A stretch of DNA of 64,000 bases from Aplysia californica (lineage: Eukaryota). The stretch covers positions 312,819-376,818 of the forward strand of contig NW_004797534.1 of assembly GCF_000002075.1 (NCBI RefSeq), given 5' to 3'. Made by a program: the position numbers and the translations under genes. This document shows positions 12,001 through 23,936 of the stretch, in pieces. The notes under the pieces were generated by a model that saw only the letters and a list, made by a program, of their open reading frames with translations, made no database searches and was not told the DNA's origin. How positions within the stretch are numbered: position 1 is the stretch's first letter; every line of letters begins with the position of its first letter.

Positions 12001-15000
12001 ATTTATCTCCAAGTAAACTATTGTGATGTTCATATGAATGAGAAAACATTTTTTTCTTCTCATCATTTGAGCAAATAGGAGATAATCGTAGTTGTAGAAT
12101 GCCTTTGTACCCTTGACTTCTTTTCCCATTCTTTTATCTATTGTGTTACCTTTTTTCCCCCTTTCAATAAACAAGTCTGATTTTCTTGTATTGATTTGTG
12201 AATTTTGATTATCCTCTGTGAAATTCCATGATCAGTTTTTAAATATTTTTCTCCTTCTCCTTATCCCCCACACTTTCTTCTTTTTTAATTTTAAAAAATC
12301 TAGGCAGATGACAGCATTCATTTGTAACTACCATCAACATTGGTTCTGTGTTCGCAAACTGGGAGAACAATGGTTCAACCTCAACAGTTTACTGTCCGGC
12401 CCAGAGTTGATTTCAAGTACTTATCTCGCTCTTTTCCTCACACAACTGCAACAAGAAGGTGTGTGAATAGCAGTCCTGTTGGGTTTTTAAAAAGTTTTTT
12501 GTACTGATTATTCTTGTATAATCCAGTGACATTTTGTTTCATTCCGTGAGTAAAAATATAATCGTAGTGAATTTGTGCTGTGGAAGTGTTTATGGTTTGA
12601 AACTCCTGTGATTTGAACATGTCAGTTGTGTTTTTCTGACTTTGCTGCAGTTAATGCAATCTAGACTAAGTTTTTAATTTCTTATTCTTAAGTTGAGTAA
12701 GCAGTCTGATACAATGTTTGCACTGAAAAGTAGATAAATGTAGAAACTTGATTCCTGAAAGTGAAAATCTAGTCATTGTGTGATAACGTGAATAGGGAAT
12801 GTTCAAGTGTACAGATGTAGATGATTGTCTTTGGCAGATGGCCATTAGAGCAAGTTCGACTGTAGCTTGTCCTGCTAGCTACCCAAACTGATATGTCAAT
12901 CTCACTTAATGTTCCATGACTATTCTAGTCCCAAGTAAATAACAATTGTTTGTAACTCGTTATATTGCATATTGCAAGCTATATTTTTTTATGACCTTTC
13001 AGATGCATCGAGCCATTTAATGTGACCAATCAGAGGTCTTTATTCAGATACTAATGATTGGACTATAAGCCCTTTTTTTGTGCTATGTTGAAATGTATCA
13101 GATGAAATGCAATTCACAGTGTCATTCTTTGTTTCACAATCTGTGATTGTGTACGTTTTAGCATTTATGCCTTTGTGCAGCTGTATCTGGAGATTCAGCT
13201 TGCAGTCATACACTTGCTTTATTTAAAGTTTTGTCCTTGTTTGTAGCTCAAATTTTTATGCATATCATTTGTTTTTGTCCCATTCCCAGTATAAAAGCCA
13301 CTGAAAAAAGACAGTTGTCAGCCGTTTCTAATGAATGATAAACTTGAAAAGTTTTTTTTAATATGAGATTTGTCTTTTTTTGGGTACTTTTCATTGGTTT
13401 GATGTGTTCTCAGGTTACTCTATATTCATAATCACGGGATCACTGCCTTCATGTGAAGCTGACCAGTTACTCCGACTTATGCCTGCTGTGCAGACAGTGA
13501 AGCCGAGACTTTTGACAGAGAAAGAAGGTGGCATTGATGGAGCTGAGGGAGCAGAGGACGATGAAGACGATGCTCTCAAGGAGGCTTTGCGAGTCAGTAA
13601 AGAGATGATAGAACATGATGACTCAGCTCTACAACAAGCTCTTCAGATGAGTCTGGAAGGTAATGCGTTTTCTCCTCAGAGGTCTGACAATGTCTGTGAT
13701 GTGTCTTTCAGTTGAGAAATAGGGAAGCAAAAATATATCTGTACTGTTAATAAGATTGGTGTATTGAGTATCCAGTAGTAGGAAATTCAGTCTTCATCAT
13801 TTTAAGATGTGGGCCCAATAGTTTATGTTATGCATATCAAGACATACAGATTATCATTAAGTTCCCCTTTTAATATCCAGACTAAATGTTTAATTTTTTT
13901 CAAAGTTGAAGTTCGTTAGGCTGAGAATCACTTTACAAAGATTTTCACTCACGAGGATAAGTTTTGAATACATGAATATATTATATCCGAAAGCGTTTAA
14001 CTAATGATGGTTCATTCTTCACAGACGAAGATGACCATTACTTCACATCACCAGGGAGGTGGGGTATGTAGATAGAAGACTGATCAGGCAGATCTTGGCC
14101 TGGGAATGTCTGTTGCAGTGGGGACAGGGAATGTGTGGGTCTGGACTTGTCTGAGAGATGGAGCTCTCACTAGCTCTATCTTTTCTCAGTTGATGTCTCT
14201 GTTCTTTTTTACATGATACATCTCTCTTCAAATTCCACAACTCCCGTAATTTACAAGGGAGTGCCTAACAATGTGGTCTTGAGCTGTTTCTGCCACCTGG
14301 TATGAGGAATGTCACGGTGCTTTTAAGAGCTGCCGTCAGCATATCTTTGTAGCATTTTCCTGGTGAGTGAGTGTTATCCTGAAGTCAGCTGACTATTGAG
14401 TAGTCTCTTTGGGAGGTGACAGTCTTCCACATAGTGAACATGGCCAGCCCACTGAAGTTGAGAGCACAGTTGAGTAAGATGGTGTGTGGGTGGTTGGCGG
14501 GTGCTCTGGTGTGGTTTGCTCCTTCTTTCCTATGAAACATCTATCGTCCTTATCTCCCCTCCTTTTTTGTGTATATTACTCTCCTGTAACACATCTATTC
14601 TTCGGCACTTATGTGACCTTATTGTGTTGCAAGTGCAGTAAAACTCTTACTAAAACTAAAAAACACCTATCATCCTTATCTCCCCTCCTTCTTTTTTGTG
14701 TTTGTTACTGTCTTGTAACACCTCTAATCTTCAGCAATTATTATATGACCTTATTGTGTTGCAAGTGCTGTAAGACACTTACTAAAACTAAGATGGTGTG
14801 GATGTTCTCTATCTTGACCAGTGGGAGCTCTTCAGTCTCAAGGACTCTTGTCTTGAATCTTGACTTGGTGCCAGTTTTCACATGCATAGAGGTAAACCGA
14901 CCCTAGTTTAATCACCAACGGATCTAAACTCAACCGACGACCTTTTACCAGGTTCAACCAGATATAATTCATTTTCAAAGCATTGTGTACCTATAGCTGT

Positions 15001-17855
15001 CCCCGTTGGATTACGCGATTGTGCAGCCACATTTTTTTCGCGTAATTCTACAGCATTTGCTAATTTTGGATCCCCCACGTTTTTTTCACGTTTTTTTTTC
15101 CTTTTTTTTTCACAAAACAATTAATTAACGCCTTGCCATGTGACTAAAAGGAAGTAAGCACCGTAATAAGTCTCATTTAAGTGAAAAGTTGGTTATTTCC
15201 CTTGTTAGAAGATCTTGGTTATGGGTTGGGATTTTTGAGCATGTTCAATTTTTCAATCCATCAAAAGTTGTTGTTCTCATGTCTGCTGATGTTTCATGTT
15301 TGACAGGTGTCCCTGGTTTGTAGTAATGTGCCAGCATCAGAGGTCCAGATGTCCTTTTTGGTTTTTTTTACATTTTTCTTTTCTCTATAGATCTAGATCT
15401 ACAGCTGAAAGTTACAGAGATTATATTTTTTGGTTGTTTTTTTTCTTACTGTTTTTTTCTTTCTAAATACACAACAAACTACTGATATGTTCTGTTTTCA
15501 ATTTTTCTGTACATAAAACATGAAAATCAGGAAAATTCATGTTGAAAAAGAGCTAAACATGTCGCGAATGGTGTTATGGTAACTTGCATAATTTTGCCTT
15601 TTTTTGGCATAATTTGGCCATCTAAATTTGCATAATTCTACGGGGACAGCTATAGTGACAGTGTGTTTGTTTCAGGGCAATAATTTAAAAGTGTCCAGTT
15701 CTTTTATTTTTGTACTGTGTAAAGTTTCTTCCTCTTTGGGATGGAAAGGACACATATGAAAGCAGCTTTTAAAACTGCAGTTTTTGTAATTTTTCAGGTT
15801 ATCACATGGTACCTACTTTCTCAAACATTTCTTCACCTCAAACCAACTCTGCTAACAAGGCAAAACCATCAGGGTCAGCTGACAGTGAACCTGCCTCATG
15901 CAGTAGAGATGTTCAGCCTTCGCCAGAGGAACTACGACAGAAGCGGCTCGCTTTTCTGGAGAGACAACAAGCAGGGGGAGTCGAACCAGTCAGAGGGTCA
16001 AGTGAGGGTGAATCGACAGACAAATCTGAGAACTCATCGGCAGGCACAGAGCAAAGTGGAGAAGGTGGTTTTTATTTCACTTTTGAAATAGATGTTGAAA
16101 TTCTACCTTGTTTACCGAGTTGGGTTAATAAATGTATCCCACCTGTTGAAAATTCAGAAGGAAACTGACTGAATTTTCTTGTTCATTGATTTCACTAGAA
16201 ACATTTGAAGATCTCAGGGAAAATATGGCATTAGTCACAGGAGAAAACATTGAGGAATACTGCTTTTCTTTCAAAGATTCAAACAGATTACACCTAATGG
16301 TGTTCTGTCTGTCTACAATTGTATATATGTGGTTAACAGAAGGCATCAGCCATTTCTGAGAATGATGGTATGGTAGATGAAATGAAACATGCCAAGCAAT
16401 AGACCAAAATAGGTAAAAACAAGCAAAAATGTATTTTTCTTCTTGATTGCACCACACTTAAAGTCTGGTTTCTATCATATACTGGGCCGTCCTGCTCAGT
16501 TCCTCTGTTGGGCCATATGGCTTCTCCTGTAGTGTTAATGGGGTTGGTCACGTTCATGTCTCAGGGTTCTGTGTGTCCTGTACTGCATGTTTCAGTTTGA
16601 TATGCTTCTCCATACCTGTATTTTGGTGACTGTACTAGTTTAACTGATTCCGTCCATTCAGCCGCTGACAGTGGCTCTGAGTTTTTCCGCTGCCTCCATT
16701 CGACCGTTGTGAGCGGCTCAACGAAATCTGAGCGAAATCCGAAAAAAATGTGCACTTTTTAACATAGTTTCTACTTTTTAAGTTGTCGAAAGGAAGTAGA
16801 ACTTGTAAACAGGCCTGACCTCAATCTCTGAGCGCCAATATGGATAGAAACTCCGCGAAATTCTTGCAAAAATAGTTGTTTTGTTGTTGCTATATAGGTT
16901 TGATCTAAGGGTAAATAACACGGCGCCTGATATAATAAAAAAAAGCCCTTCAAAGAAAGATATTCAACTAAATTTGTGAAATTCTTGCATAAATGTGTGC
17001 TAGGGTGATATCGCTACAATTTTGTGTTGATTCCTCTGGATTATAAGGACTTGTAGAGCTGAGAAAATGCGGTGAGTCGAAATTTTCGAAGAGGTGTTGC
17101 ACAATTCTTTTTTCTCCTTCGTTTTTGTCTGAGGGAAAATACAATACAAACAGTTTGTAGGTCATTGTTATTGATATAAGCAGATCCCTCTATTGATTCC
17201 AATCGGTTTTGGTATATGACAATACATATTAGAGTAACTTAAAGCTTCACAGTAATGCATTAAATAGATGCACTACAGGTCTAAAACTGAACAGGGAAAA
17301 ATAATTCTGTCCAGAGCCTGAAAAAATCATGGATGGAATCAGTTAAAACATCTGTACATGTGTTGTCTGAGTCTGGTGTGTTGTGTTCTTTTCTTAGTCA
17401 AGATAATCACTTGTTCTTGGCAGCACCGCTCGTGGTAGTTATCTGGTATCTGTGATGCTTTAATTAAATAGAATTTTTATGAGACCTTTGGTTCCTGGAT
17501 AGTTAATGCGTTTGTCATTTTTAAATGTTACAGTAATTTACTGACTAGACAGATAACTGTGCAAAAAAAAAAAAGTTGAAATTTTGAAATGAGGAGAAAA
17601 ATATGGAAAGGTTGGATCAAATTTTTCTATCATGTGTATGAACTGAGATTTTGTTAGACAATATTTATTATATAATGTAGCACTTTATTACTCCAGCATT
17701 TGTGGACTTCTACTTCTACTGTGACGTACCTGATAAATATTGTAGGATTTTATAAAAATCTTGTATTTATATATTTCTCTTTTTCTTCGTCCCTAGAGCT
17801 GTCTGAGGAGGAGCTTCTTCAACGAGCAATTGCAATGTCTATGGAGCAAAGCTGA
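3460..17855 (+). CDS. ATXN3: Ataxin-3 (Josephin-domain deubiquitinase with 3 UIMs), 350 aa; join(3460..3483,8731..8895,9370..9506,12304..12458,13414..13659,15798..16064,17797..17855)
   Basis: Manual splicing gives a continuous 1053-nt frame: MESIFHEK|QEGSLCAQHCLNALLQ...|QPSNNYDDSGFFSVQV...|...FICNYHQHWFCVRKLGEQWFNLNSLLSGPELIS...QQEG|YSIF...CEADQLL. Josephin Cys/His/Asn triad is intact; UIMs DALKEALRVS, SALQQALQMS and ELLQRAIAMS; intron phases are consistent. Confidence 0.95.
3545..4319. mobile_element. Older TIR element in ATXN3 intron 1 (related inverted partial copy at ~43695-43902)
   Basis: cgattttgtagtttcgttcgttaaag ... ctttaacaaacggaaactacgaaattg; left arm recurs reverse-complemented at 43.7-43.9 kb. 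Confidence 0.55.
3761..4264. mobile_element. MULE-like MITE, 9-bp TSD GTAAACAAA
   Basis: GTAAACAAA at 3752-3760 and 4265-4273; single copy of that target in the paralog at ~43696-43706; subterminal TTCTCACCCGGGGTGAGAA. Confidence 0.7.
4785..5014 (+). mobile_element. tRNA-derived SINE (degenerate)
   Basis: B-box-like AGTTCGATTCC at 4827-4837; (ACAT)n tail. Confidence 0.55.
5870..6385. mobile_element. Truncated copy of the foldback MITE at 44199-44914
   Basis: Collinear similarity from CGAAGTGTATACAGAC through CCTAGGTCTACCC; right TIR missing. Confidence 0.85.
6396..8726 (-). mobile_element. RTE-clade LINE, 5' part (APE endonuclease + start of RT), frameshifted, 3' end lost
   Basis: IATWNVRTM, IYAPT, VMGDFN, NQIDFI and DSDH (APE motifs); KATGPDNIP, QFGF...GTRNAI, LCFI and IRRGV (RT motifs); multiple frameshifts. 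Confidence 0.92.
8597..8726 (-). ncRNA. Degenerate HDV-like ribozyme candidate at RTE 5' end
   Basis: Order P1(AUUUAC), long J1/2 hairpin, P3(CGC), L3(AUCCCCGG), P3'(GCG), P1'(GUGGAU), AGG, P4(GGCCUCCA/UGGAGGUU), GCUAA; P2 poorly supported. Confidence 0.45.
8731..8895 (+). CDS. ATXN3: ATXN3 exon 2 (catalytic Cys; QEGSLCAQHC...YQRFIE)
   Basis: Acceptor tttcag|CAA; 165 nt; ends GAG|gcaagc (GC donor); in-frame TAG follows shortly after. Confidence 0.92.
9370..9506 (+). CDS. ATXN3: ATXN3 exon 3 (QPSNNYDDSGFFSVQVISEALSVW...)
   Basis: tttcag|CAA ... AC|gtatgt; conserved DDSGFFS motif. Confidence 0.93.
9890..10031 (+). mobile_element. 5'-truncated copy of the SINE at 36394
   Basis: gttaaagatcccttg...ataagagtaggctt...atatgatcttatgcagttgcaag matches 36742-36890. 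Confidence 0.8.
10036..11593. mobile_element. piggyBac-like MITE (TTAA TSD) carrying a nested Tc1/mariner
   Basis: TTAA|CCCTATCCATAC ... GTACGGATAAGG|TTAA; second copy at 20821-24078. Confidence 0.8.
10215..11529 (-). mobile_element. Decayed Tc1/mariner-superfamily transposon
   Basis: TA|CAGGGTGATCCCAAAAAAAA ... TTTTTTTTGGATCTCCCTG|TA; minus-strand remnants MVKFSKEQRAFCIEHY, FLDDIWFS, WAPHS and CVEFKGRHVEH; empty site visible in the host paralog at ~24010-24020. Confidence 0.85.
12304..12458 (+). CDS. ATXN3: ATXN3 exon 4 (catalytic His/Asn; HWF...WFNLNS)
   Basis: tag|GCAG ... GAAG|gtgtgt; phase 2 in, phase 1 out. Confidence 0.93.
13414..13659 (+). CDS. ATXN3: ATXN3 exon 5 (end of Josephin, UIM1, UIM2)
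   Basis: ctcag|GTTAC ... GAAG|gtaatg. Confidence 0.92.
14020..14900 (-). mobile_element. RTE LINE 3' fragment, interrupted by short retroelement
   Basis: CPHCNRHSQAKICLISLLSTY resembles the RTE C-terminal CPHC...IGLISHLRTH motif. Confidence 0.7.
14487..14788 (+). mobile_element. Short non-autonomous retroelement (with duplicated 3' part)
   Basis: 12-bp TSD TAAGATGGTGTG (14475-14486, 14789-14800); (ACTAAA)n tail; further copies at ~20650, ~24272 and 29234. Confidence 0.8.
14994..15652. mobile_element. MITE
   Basis: TAGCTGTCCCCGT ... ACGGGGACAGCTA perfect TIR flanked by TA. Confidence 0.75.
15798..16064 (+). CDS. ATXN3: ATXN3 exon 6 (S-rich linker, EELRQKRLAFLE motif)
   Basis: tttcag|GTTAT; motif corresponds to vertebrate EELRKRREAYFE; donor GAAG|gtggtt is weak but in the required phase. 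Confidence 0.8.
16644..17342. mobile_element. TTAA-flanked MITE (piggyBac-like)
   Basis: TTAA|CTGATTCCGTCCAT ... ATGGATGGAATCAG|TTAA. Confidence 0.8.
17797..17855 (+). CDS. ATXN3: ATXN3 exon 7 (UIM3, stop)
   Basis: Long pyrimidine tract then ctag|AG; (E)LSEEELLQRAIAMSMEQS*. Confidence 0.9.
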
Positions 17856-18457
17856 TAGACCGACATCACAGGAACATTCTTGTTTACTTTCTGAAACTGT
17901 GATAGAAGTCAGAACTCATCCAACACTTGTCTTTGATGACAAATATGACGATGGCTACGCACAGAAAGTGCTGGAAAGGATGTCAAGGAAAAGCCTTGCT
18001 TCTCACCTTCCAAGGATAACGGGCCTCCTTCTCTCTTACAAATGCAAACACTTTGTATCTTTTTTTGGTTCTGTTTTGGATCCCTTTTCTGTTTGTTTTT
18101 TTTTCATTTGTCAGGAAAGACATCAGAGGAACTGTGTCTCTTGGCTGTGAAAGCAATGCCATTATTTTTTTATTTATAGAAAATATAAATAATTGATAGC
18201 TGTTTCCCTGTGTTTGAAAACATACCCACAAAAGGCTTGTGGGACGGTGGGACTCGACTGTTGAAGAATTAAATGAGAGTCCAGTTCTCAGGATTGGGGG
18301 GGGGGGGGTTGGTATATTTTTGGCGTTTAAGTAGAAAGCCTTTAAAAATACTTTCAAAATTGTCAAAGATCATTTTTTACACAAAATATGTAAAATACCA
18401 GCTCAAAAAAGGTAGCAAGTAAAAGATCAGTTCATTTCCTATTAGAATAAAGTAATT

Positions 18458-19670
18458 AGTGTGGAATTATTTTTGCATCGATCCTTCCGTTAGACTCGGA
18501 AAGCATGTGACCCCCCGCGCGGGGTACACTATTAGACCTGCATGTGAGCCTCAACCAGATTGTCTGAAAATTTTGCGCACCCCCCCCCCCAAAGAGCTTT
18601 TGTGGGTGTCTTAAGGAAGGACTTCCGAGTAACGAGCGACCACCCCAACAAACACAACAAAGAAAAGACCTAACCCTACCCCTACCCCTACCCCTAGGCC
18701 TACCCCAAAAAAGAACCTGCAACGAGCCTCATGTGAAAAGGCCAGCAAAAGTCCAAAATGAAAAACATTTTTAAAATTAAATAACCACACTCCAAAACAA
18801 ACAAGGCTTACAAGGAGCATAATGGCCTACATCTACATATTGCTAGATCTATAATAATAGGGTTTGATACAATAACACAATAGATTCTAGAATTGGAATA
18901 TGAATCCTCCATATAGATCTAGTAAACTAAATAGATCTAGATCTTGTAGAACAAGTGAATAGGATCTAGGAATAGGCCATGAACTAGAAATCCGCACCCG
19001 ATTCCGAACAGAGGGGCTCAGCTGAGTCTAGACTAAGACTTGGTCTAGATTCTAAATAAATAAATAATTCACGCACCTGATGAAATGCCTTTTACCAACA
19101 TTAATATTACAGCACAGCCTATGATAGGGTTTGACAAAATAGAATTGGAATATGAATCCTCCATTGAGATCTATAATGATCTAGAGTATATAAATCTAGA
19201 TCTAGATCTAGATTCTATTAAATAAATCTAAGTGAGTCGGACTGGAATGAATCCACACGATCTGAACAATTGAATTTGTCAACAAAACTAAATTCAAAAT
19301 GGCCGCTCGAGCACGAAACTGAAAGTAGATAATTTAGGTCGTCGTCCTTTTTTGTATTCGCATTTCTACTCAGGTTCCGACAATTATGTCGGAAACGCCA
19401 ACGTCGGCCGTCGGCACGAAAACAAAAGTGCCGACAAAGCCGACGGGAGAAAAAGGGGATGCTGGCAGTCGGCCAGGCCTCGCACTTCGCACATTGACTG
19501 ATACAGGTGGGCCTAGCGATAGCATCGGCCGCCTCGCAGGTCGCGTCGCGATTGTCGGATTTCAGACGATTGTCGGCAAACATGCAGGTCTAAGTATAGA
19601 GCCAACTGGCTCGCCGCGGGGGCCGGTGCGGCGCCGGCCAGGTCAACACTCTGTGTCTTTGTCGAAATAA
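18458..19670. mobile_element. CpG-rich dispersed repeat with (CCCTA[A/C])n tract
   Basis: 18533-18710 recurs at 31711-31930 and, reversed in part, at 39200-39305; GC hairpin GGCCGGTGCGGCGCCGGCC near the right end; boundaries approximate. Confidence 0.5.
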
Positions 19671-20649
19671 TGACAGATCATCGTGTTTGAGGTGATAAAA
19701 TACTGATTTGCAATGTTCTCACAGTCTTGAAAAAAATTACTATTAATTAGGCTCCATATATTTGTTATAGTGATTGTACTCTGTTAATGTGGAGATGTTT
19801 AATGCACTTGGTACTCTTTTATTATCTCTACTGTCAAACATGGGGTTGCAGCCAGTGACTGACCTTCAAATTTGATCAAATTTTAAACTACCATTTTCTT
19901 AAAAATTGACTGAGAGATTAAAGAATGGTACCAAAATGCTCAGTGGATATAGGCCTTTCAAATGGAACAGATTAATTTGGCATGCAGCTACTTTGAAAAT
20001 TTAGTTTCTGGTACCTAGTACTACTTCCTTAGGCTAGACATAATATCTGTTGACTAAATAGACTGTAGAGAAGTTTAGGCAGATTGTGGTGAACGTCCTC
20101 CCCTATGAATAACTGTTAGTATCATTCCACATTGTGCGTCAGTATCTCATCCAACCCTGACCCATTTATAATAGCAGAAGTATGTGTTTCAACTTGAACA
20201 TTTGTGGTAATTGAGAGAGAGATAGAGGGGTGCTGAAGGTTTAAAGAGGAGATTAGGTCATATAAATGACTCCTGAGAATGCTTATTATTTTGTTTTGTT
20301 TGAGCTGGAAGCAGAAAAATGTATTGAGTTTTGAGATAGAGACGCTATCATGGCTGTTTTAAATTTTTCGAAAGGGTTTGTGCAGGGACTTTGAGTAACC
20401 GTACTTTGTGATTGCATTACGTCAGGTGTGCTACACTACAAGTACAAGGGCAATTTCCACATTTTGTTCCACGCTGCCTCCTCAAAAGTTCTAACTGTGC
20501 AATACCCGTCATCTCTTTGTCCTGCTGAGACTCTGGCGTAGAACAGAAAATTCTTCAGTTTCTCACAATTCACAACCTTTCTTAGTTGGTAGTGATACTG
20601 CATAATGTGTGTTCTGTGAATCATAAGCATCTCATCCAGACATTTCATT

Positions 20650-20820
20650 GTGGGTGTGACGGGTGCTCTAATGTAATTTGCGCCTTCTTTCCTAACGAAC
20701 ATCTGTTGTCCTTATCTCTCTTCCTTTCTTTTCGTGTTTGTTACTCTTTGGTAACGCCTTTACTCTTCGACATTTATATGACCTAATCGTGTCGCAAATG
20801 CCATAAAAACGCTTACTTAA
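20650..20820 (+). mobile_element. Short retroelement copy (family of 14487)
   Basis: Collinear similarity and same 5' start. Confidence 0.75.
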
Positions 20821-20923
20821 CTCTATCTGTACGTCGTGTTTTACTATTGTATCCATACGACATGGGGAACTCTGTGCCACCACTTTCCAAAGAGGAAATT
20901 TACTCGTTATTCCGATCTGTACG

Positions 20924-23900
20924 CATAGGTGCCAAGTTTTCAAAATTAAAAAACAGATTTTCATCACGCAGTCTGCGAAAGAGACCAGTTCTTACCTCAA
21001 AAAGATACCAAAAGACAACTTCTACTCAAATTATAAGCACACCACAGACACATGTTACAATGACAATATATAAATATTATTTGCACTCACCTTACTTTAT
21101 AAAGTTGACAGCTGAGTTGTTGACATCCCATCAAGTAGAAATAAACTTCCCCCAAAGAGAAGAGTACAGACACTCAAGGGGATGTCCAAGCCAGTTTTTG
21201 TCTTTTTCCCCTTCTTGTGAGCCTACTGCTTGTTGACTGCTGCAGATGTAGCAGACTTTGCTGACTTCAGGAAGGTGGTAGAGAACTCACCTCATAGCAT
21301 TTGACATTGGTTCTTGATTTCTGAACAAGCAGAGCTGAAAGCATATCATTCGAGAAAGAGCCCCTGAAGTCTGTCTTGTTCTTTCGTACTTGGCTGAAGA
21401 TTCTCTCACATTCAGCATTGCTGTGTGGAATTGAGAGTATCCCCAGCATAATGTTTCTCAACTTACTGAATTCGGGTGTGCCATCCTCATTCACTATGTT
21501 AAAGGCATTTTATTCTGGTCCTCTGTAGTTGAACTCACTCTCCAGTGAGTCTGTTGCATCATCTGAACTTTCCCCCTCAATGGTCGGAAGCAAAACAGGA
21601 AACTTGCTGAAGTAAAATCTGAGGGAGCTGAAGCCTATGGTGTCTCTCTTCTTCACATCAGCTACTTGGGCATGCTGCAAAACCTCAGAATTGAGAGGGA
21701 ATTTGGAAACTATATAGTCACAGGGCTTGAAGTATTATTTCTTGACCCAGTTGTAGAATTGGGTTCTCTCTGCATGGTCATGACAATACTGTGAGCACTT
21801 GATCCTACACTTATGTCTGCATCACTTTTTTGTAGAGAAGTGTCTTTGTATTGAATGCACTTCACTTCACTTGTGCTGAAGGATTCAGAAATGTGGCCAT
21901 CTGTTGCTTAAGAAAGGTGTCCGGTATGTGTTTCAGTGAATGGATGAGTGGCTGGTTTGTCTGAAGTATGACATTGGTCTTCTCAAAGTTTCTAATGGAA
22001 AACTGTAGAAGACAACTGATAGCCTTGGTCATGGTGGAGGTCAAGGAGTGAGCAATTTTGTGAGGTCTTGTAGCTCCACTTGATTTATCCTGTTCTTTAC
22101 TGATTTTTGGTTTGGTGAGTTTGGGGTCAGCGTCTATCTTCTTTTTCCTGTTTGCAGGTACAGTGCTCCCAGAACCAACAGATAGTTTTCTCTTGTTTGA
22201 GCTCTCTGATACCTTAGGAGGGGCAGGGGATTTTGCATTCTTTTTCACTTTTTCTTGCTTTTGAGAATCTCTTCTGTCTGCCGATGTGCACAGAGAAGAG
22301 CAGGAGGCACCAGTACTGTCAGTAGATGATTTTTGGTGGATGGTGAATGCTTTTGGCTGAGGGGCCATCTCTCTCTTTTCAGCTTTGCAATCACTGCATT
22401 CAGAAGTAAAGAATTTAAGGAGAGCATCCCACTGAGTGTTGAATATAGGCAGGCACTGGCCTAGGGACAACCATCTAGTACACACATGGCGCAGGATTTT
22501 TTGTGTTTCCAAACCCATAAGCTGCTGAAATTCTTGCAAATTTTGCTTGCGATTGACACTAGACTCCCAAGTAATAGAACACGTCAATTAGCAGACTATC
22601 CACTGATACAGGAAACTCCTTTGCTGCATGCTGTGCAGCCAGATTGATAAGATGGCAGAGGCATCCAATGGCAAAGATGTCTGGCTGGGATTCCCTAAAC
22701 TTTGCTATAACTCCATTATTTTGTCCTATCGTCACTGGAGCGTTGTCTGAACTCTGAGTTATGCAGTGCTTAAAGGGAACACCTAAGGTTTCTAATTCTG
22801 TCAATACAAGTTCTCCTATGTTAACACCACTTGATGGACCATTGAGGACTGGCAGTGACAATAGCTGTGATTTCACACACTTAGTGGCCTTGTCAGGGTA
22901 CGTTATCACGAGAGGATAGAGCTTGGCATCACTTGTGTGACTTCCATCCTTTGCAACAGAAAAGGGAAAGCATTTCAAATCACTAACCACAGTTCTTGTT
23001 GTCTCAGATGCCATCTCTTTTACAATACAGGACGTGTTTGTTCGGCCAGCGTGAAACTGCTTTACTTCATCAAAGTTGGGAAAAGCTGCTCTCAACAGCT
23101 TGCCCATGTGATCGGCAGCAGCCAAAGGAATATTATGTTCTACATAAAAAGCAGCAAACAAACGTTCAGCCTTGATGGCACTAAAACTTTCTTTGTCGGA
23201 ATCTCCTTTTGTTCCCAAAGAAATAACTGATTGTTTACGCCCTACATCAGTCTCTGCTTGGTGTGCGCGCACATACACCTGGCTCTTAGAGTGCTGGACG
23301 ATATCCGATCTTCCGCCATGTGAAATCACAATGTCACGTGGGCACACCTTGCAGAAAGCATGTTTGTTTGATAATTTCGATGCAGTGATGAAGTTGAATT
23401 CCTCTGAATACTTGGCACAGAAGGTTTGTTCGCGAGGTTTTGCCTCAGAACTGGTTGGTTTTAAAAACGCATCCATCAAGTGAAAGCACAATGCATCTGT
23501 GATTTAAAAAAATATAGTTTTAGCCCCTGCGTTCTTTCATCACAAAGGCCGCCCGAAACACACACACGATGACCCGTGACCCGATGTGAATGAATGAGAA
23601 ACAAAGAAGGCCCGTAGGTTACTTCCCGCATTAATAGCGCATGCTCAATACCATTAATAACAAAGAAAATACTGAAGGGGCACTACTCGCGGAAGGAGGT
23701 CGACTTCCAGTCTAATTGGCGGGACACTACTCTCGTCGTCTTGTTGACTCCGTATTTATTTACGTTCGCCTATCCGGTCATAAATTTTCTAATTTTTTTC
23801 TTGCTTGAAACCAGTTTGTATTGAAACTATGAGGGAAAAAGTTGAAAACGTATTTTCCGGTGCCACAACGGATTTGCGCACTCAAACCCAAAAATTTTAC

Positions 23901-23936
23901 TAAATTCGGTTTTTTACGTACTACTTGGCAGCTATG
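20924..23936 (-). mobile_element. hAT-superfamily DNA transposon, full length, transposase frameshifted
   Basis: TIRs CATAGGTGCCAAGT / ACTTGGCAGCTATG (13/14); transposase pseudo-ORF inside. Confidence 0.9.
21200..23473 (-). pseudogene. hAT transposase pseudogene
   Basis: BED-like AFCKVC...SHGG..DI..H, FSVAKDGS, SSDNA, GCLCHLINLA (CxxH), TRWLS and IPHSNAECERIFS (hATC) spread over at least three frames. Confidence 0.88.
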
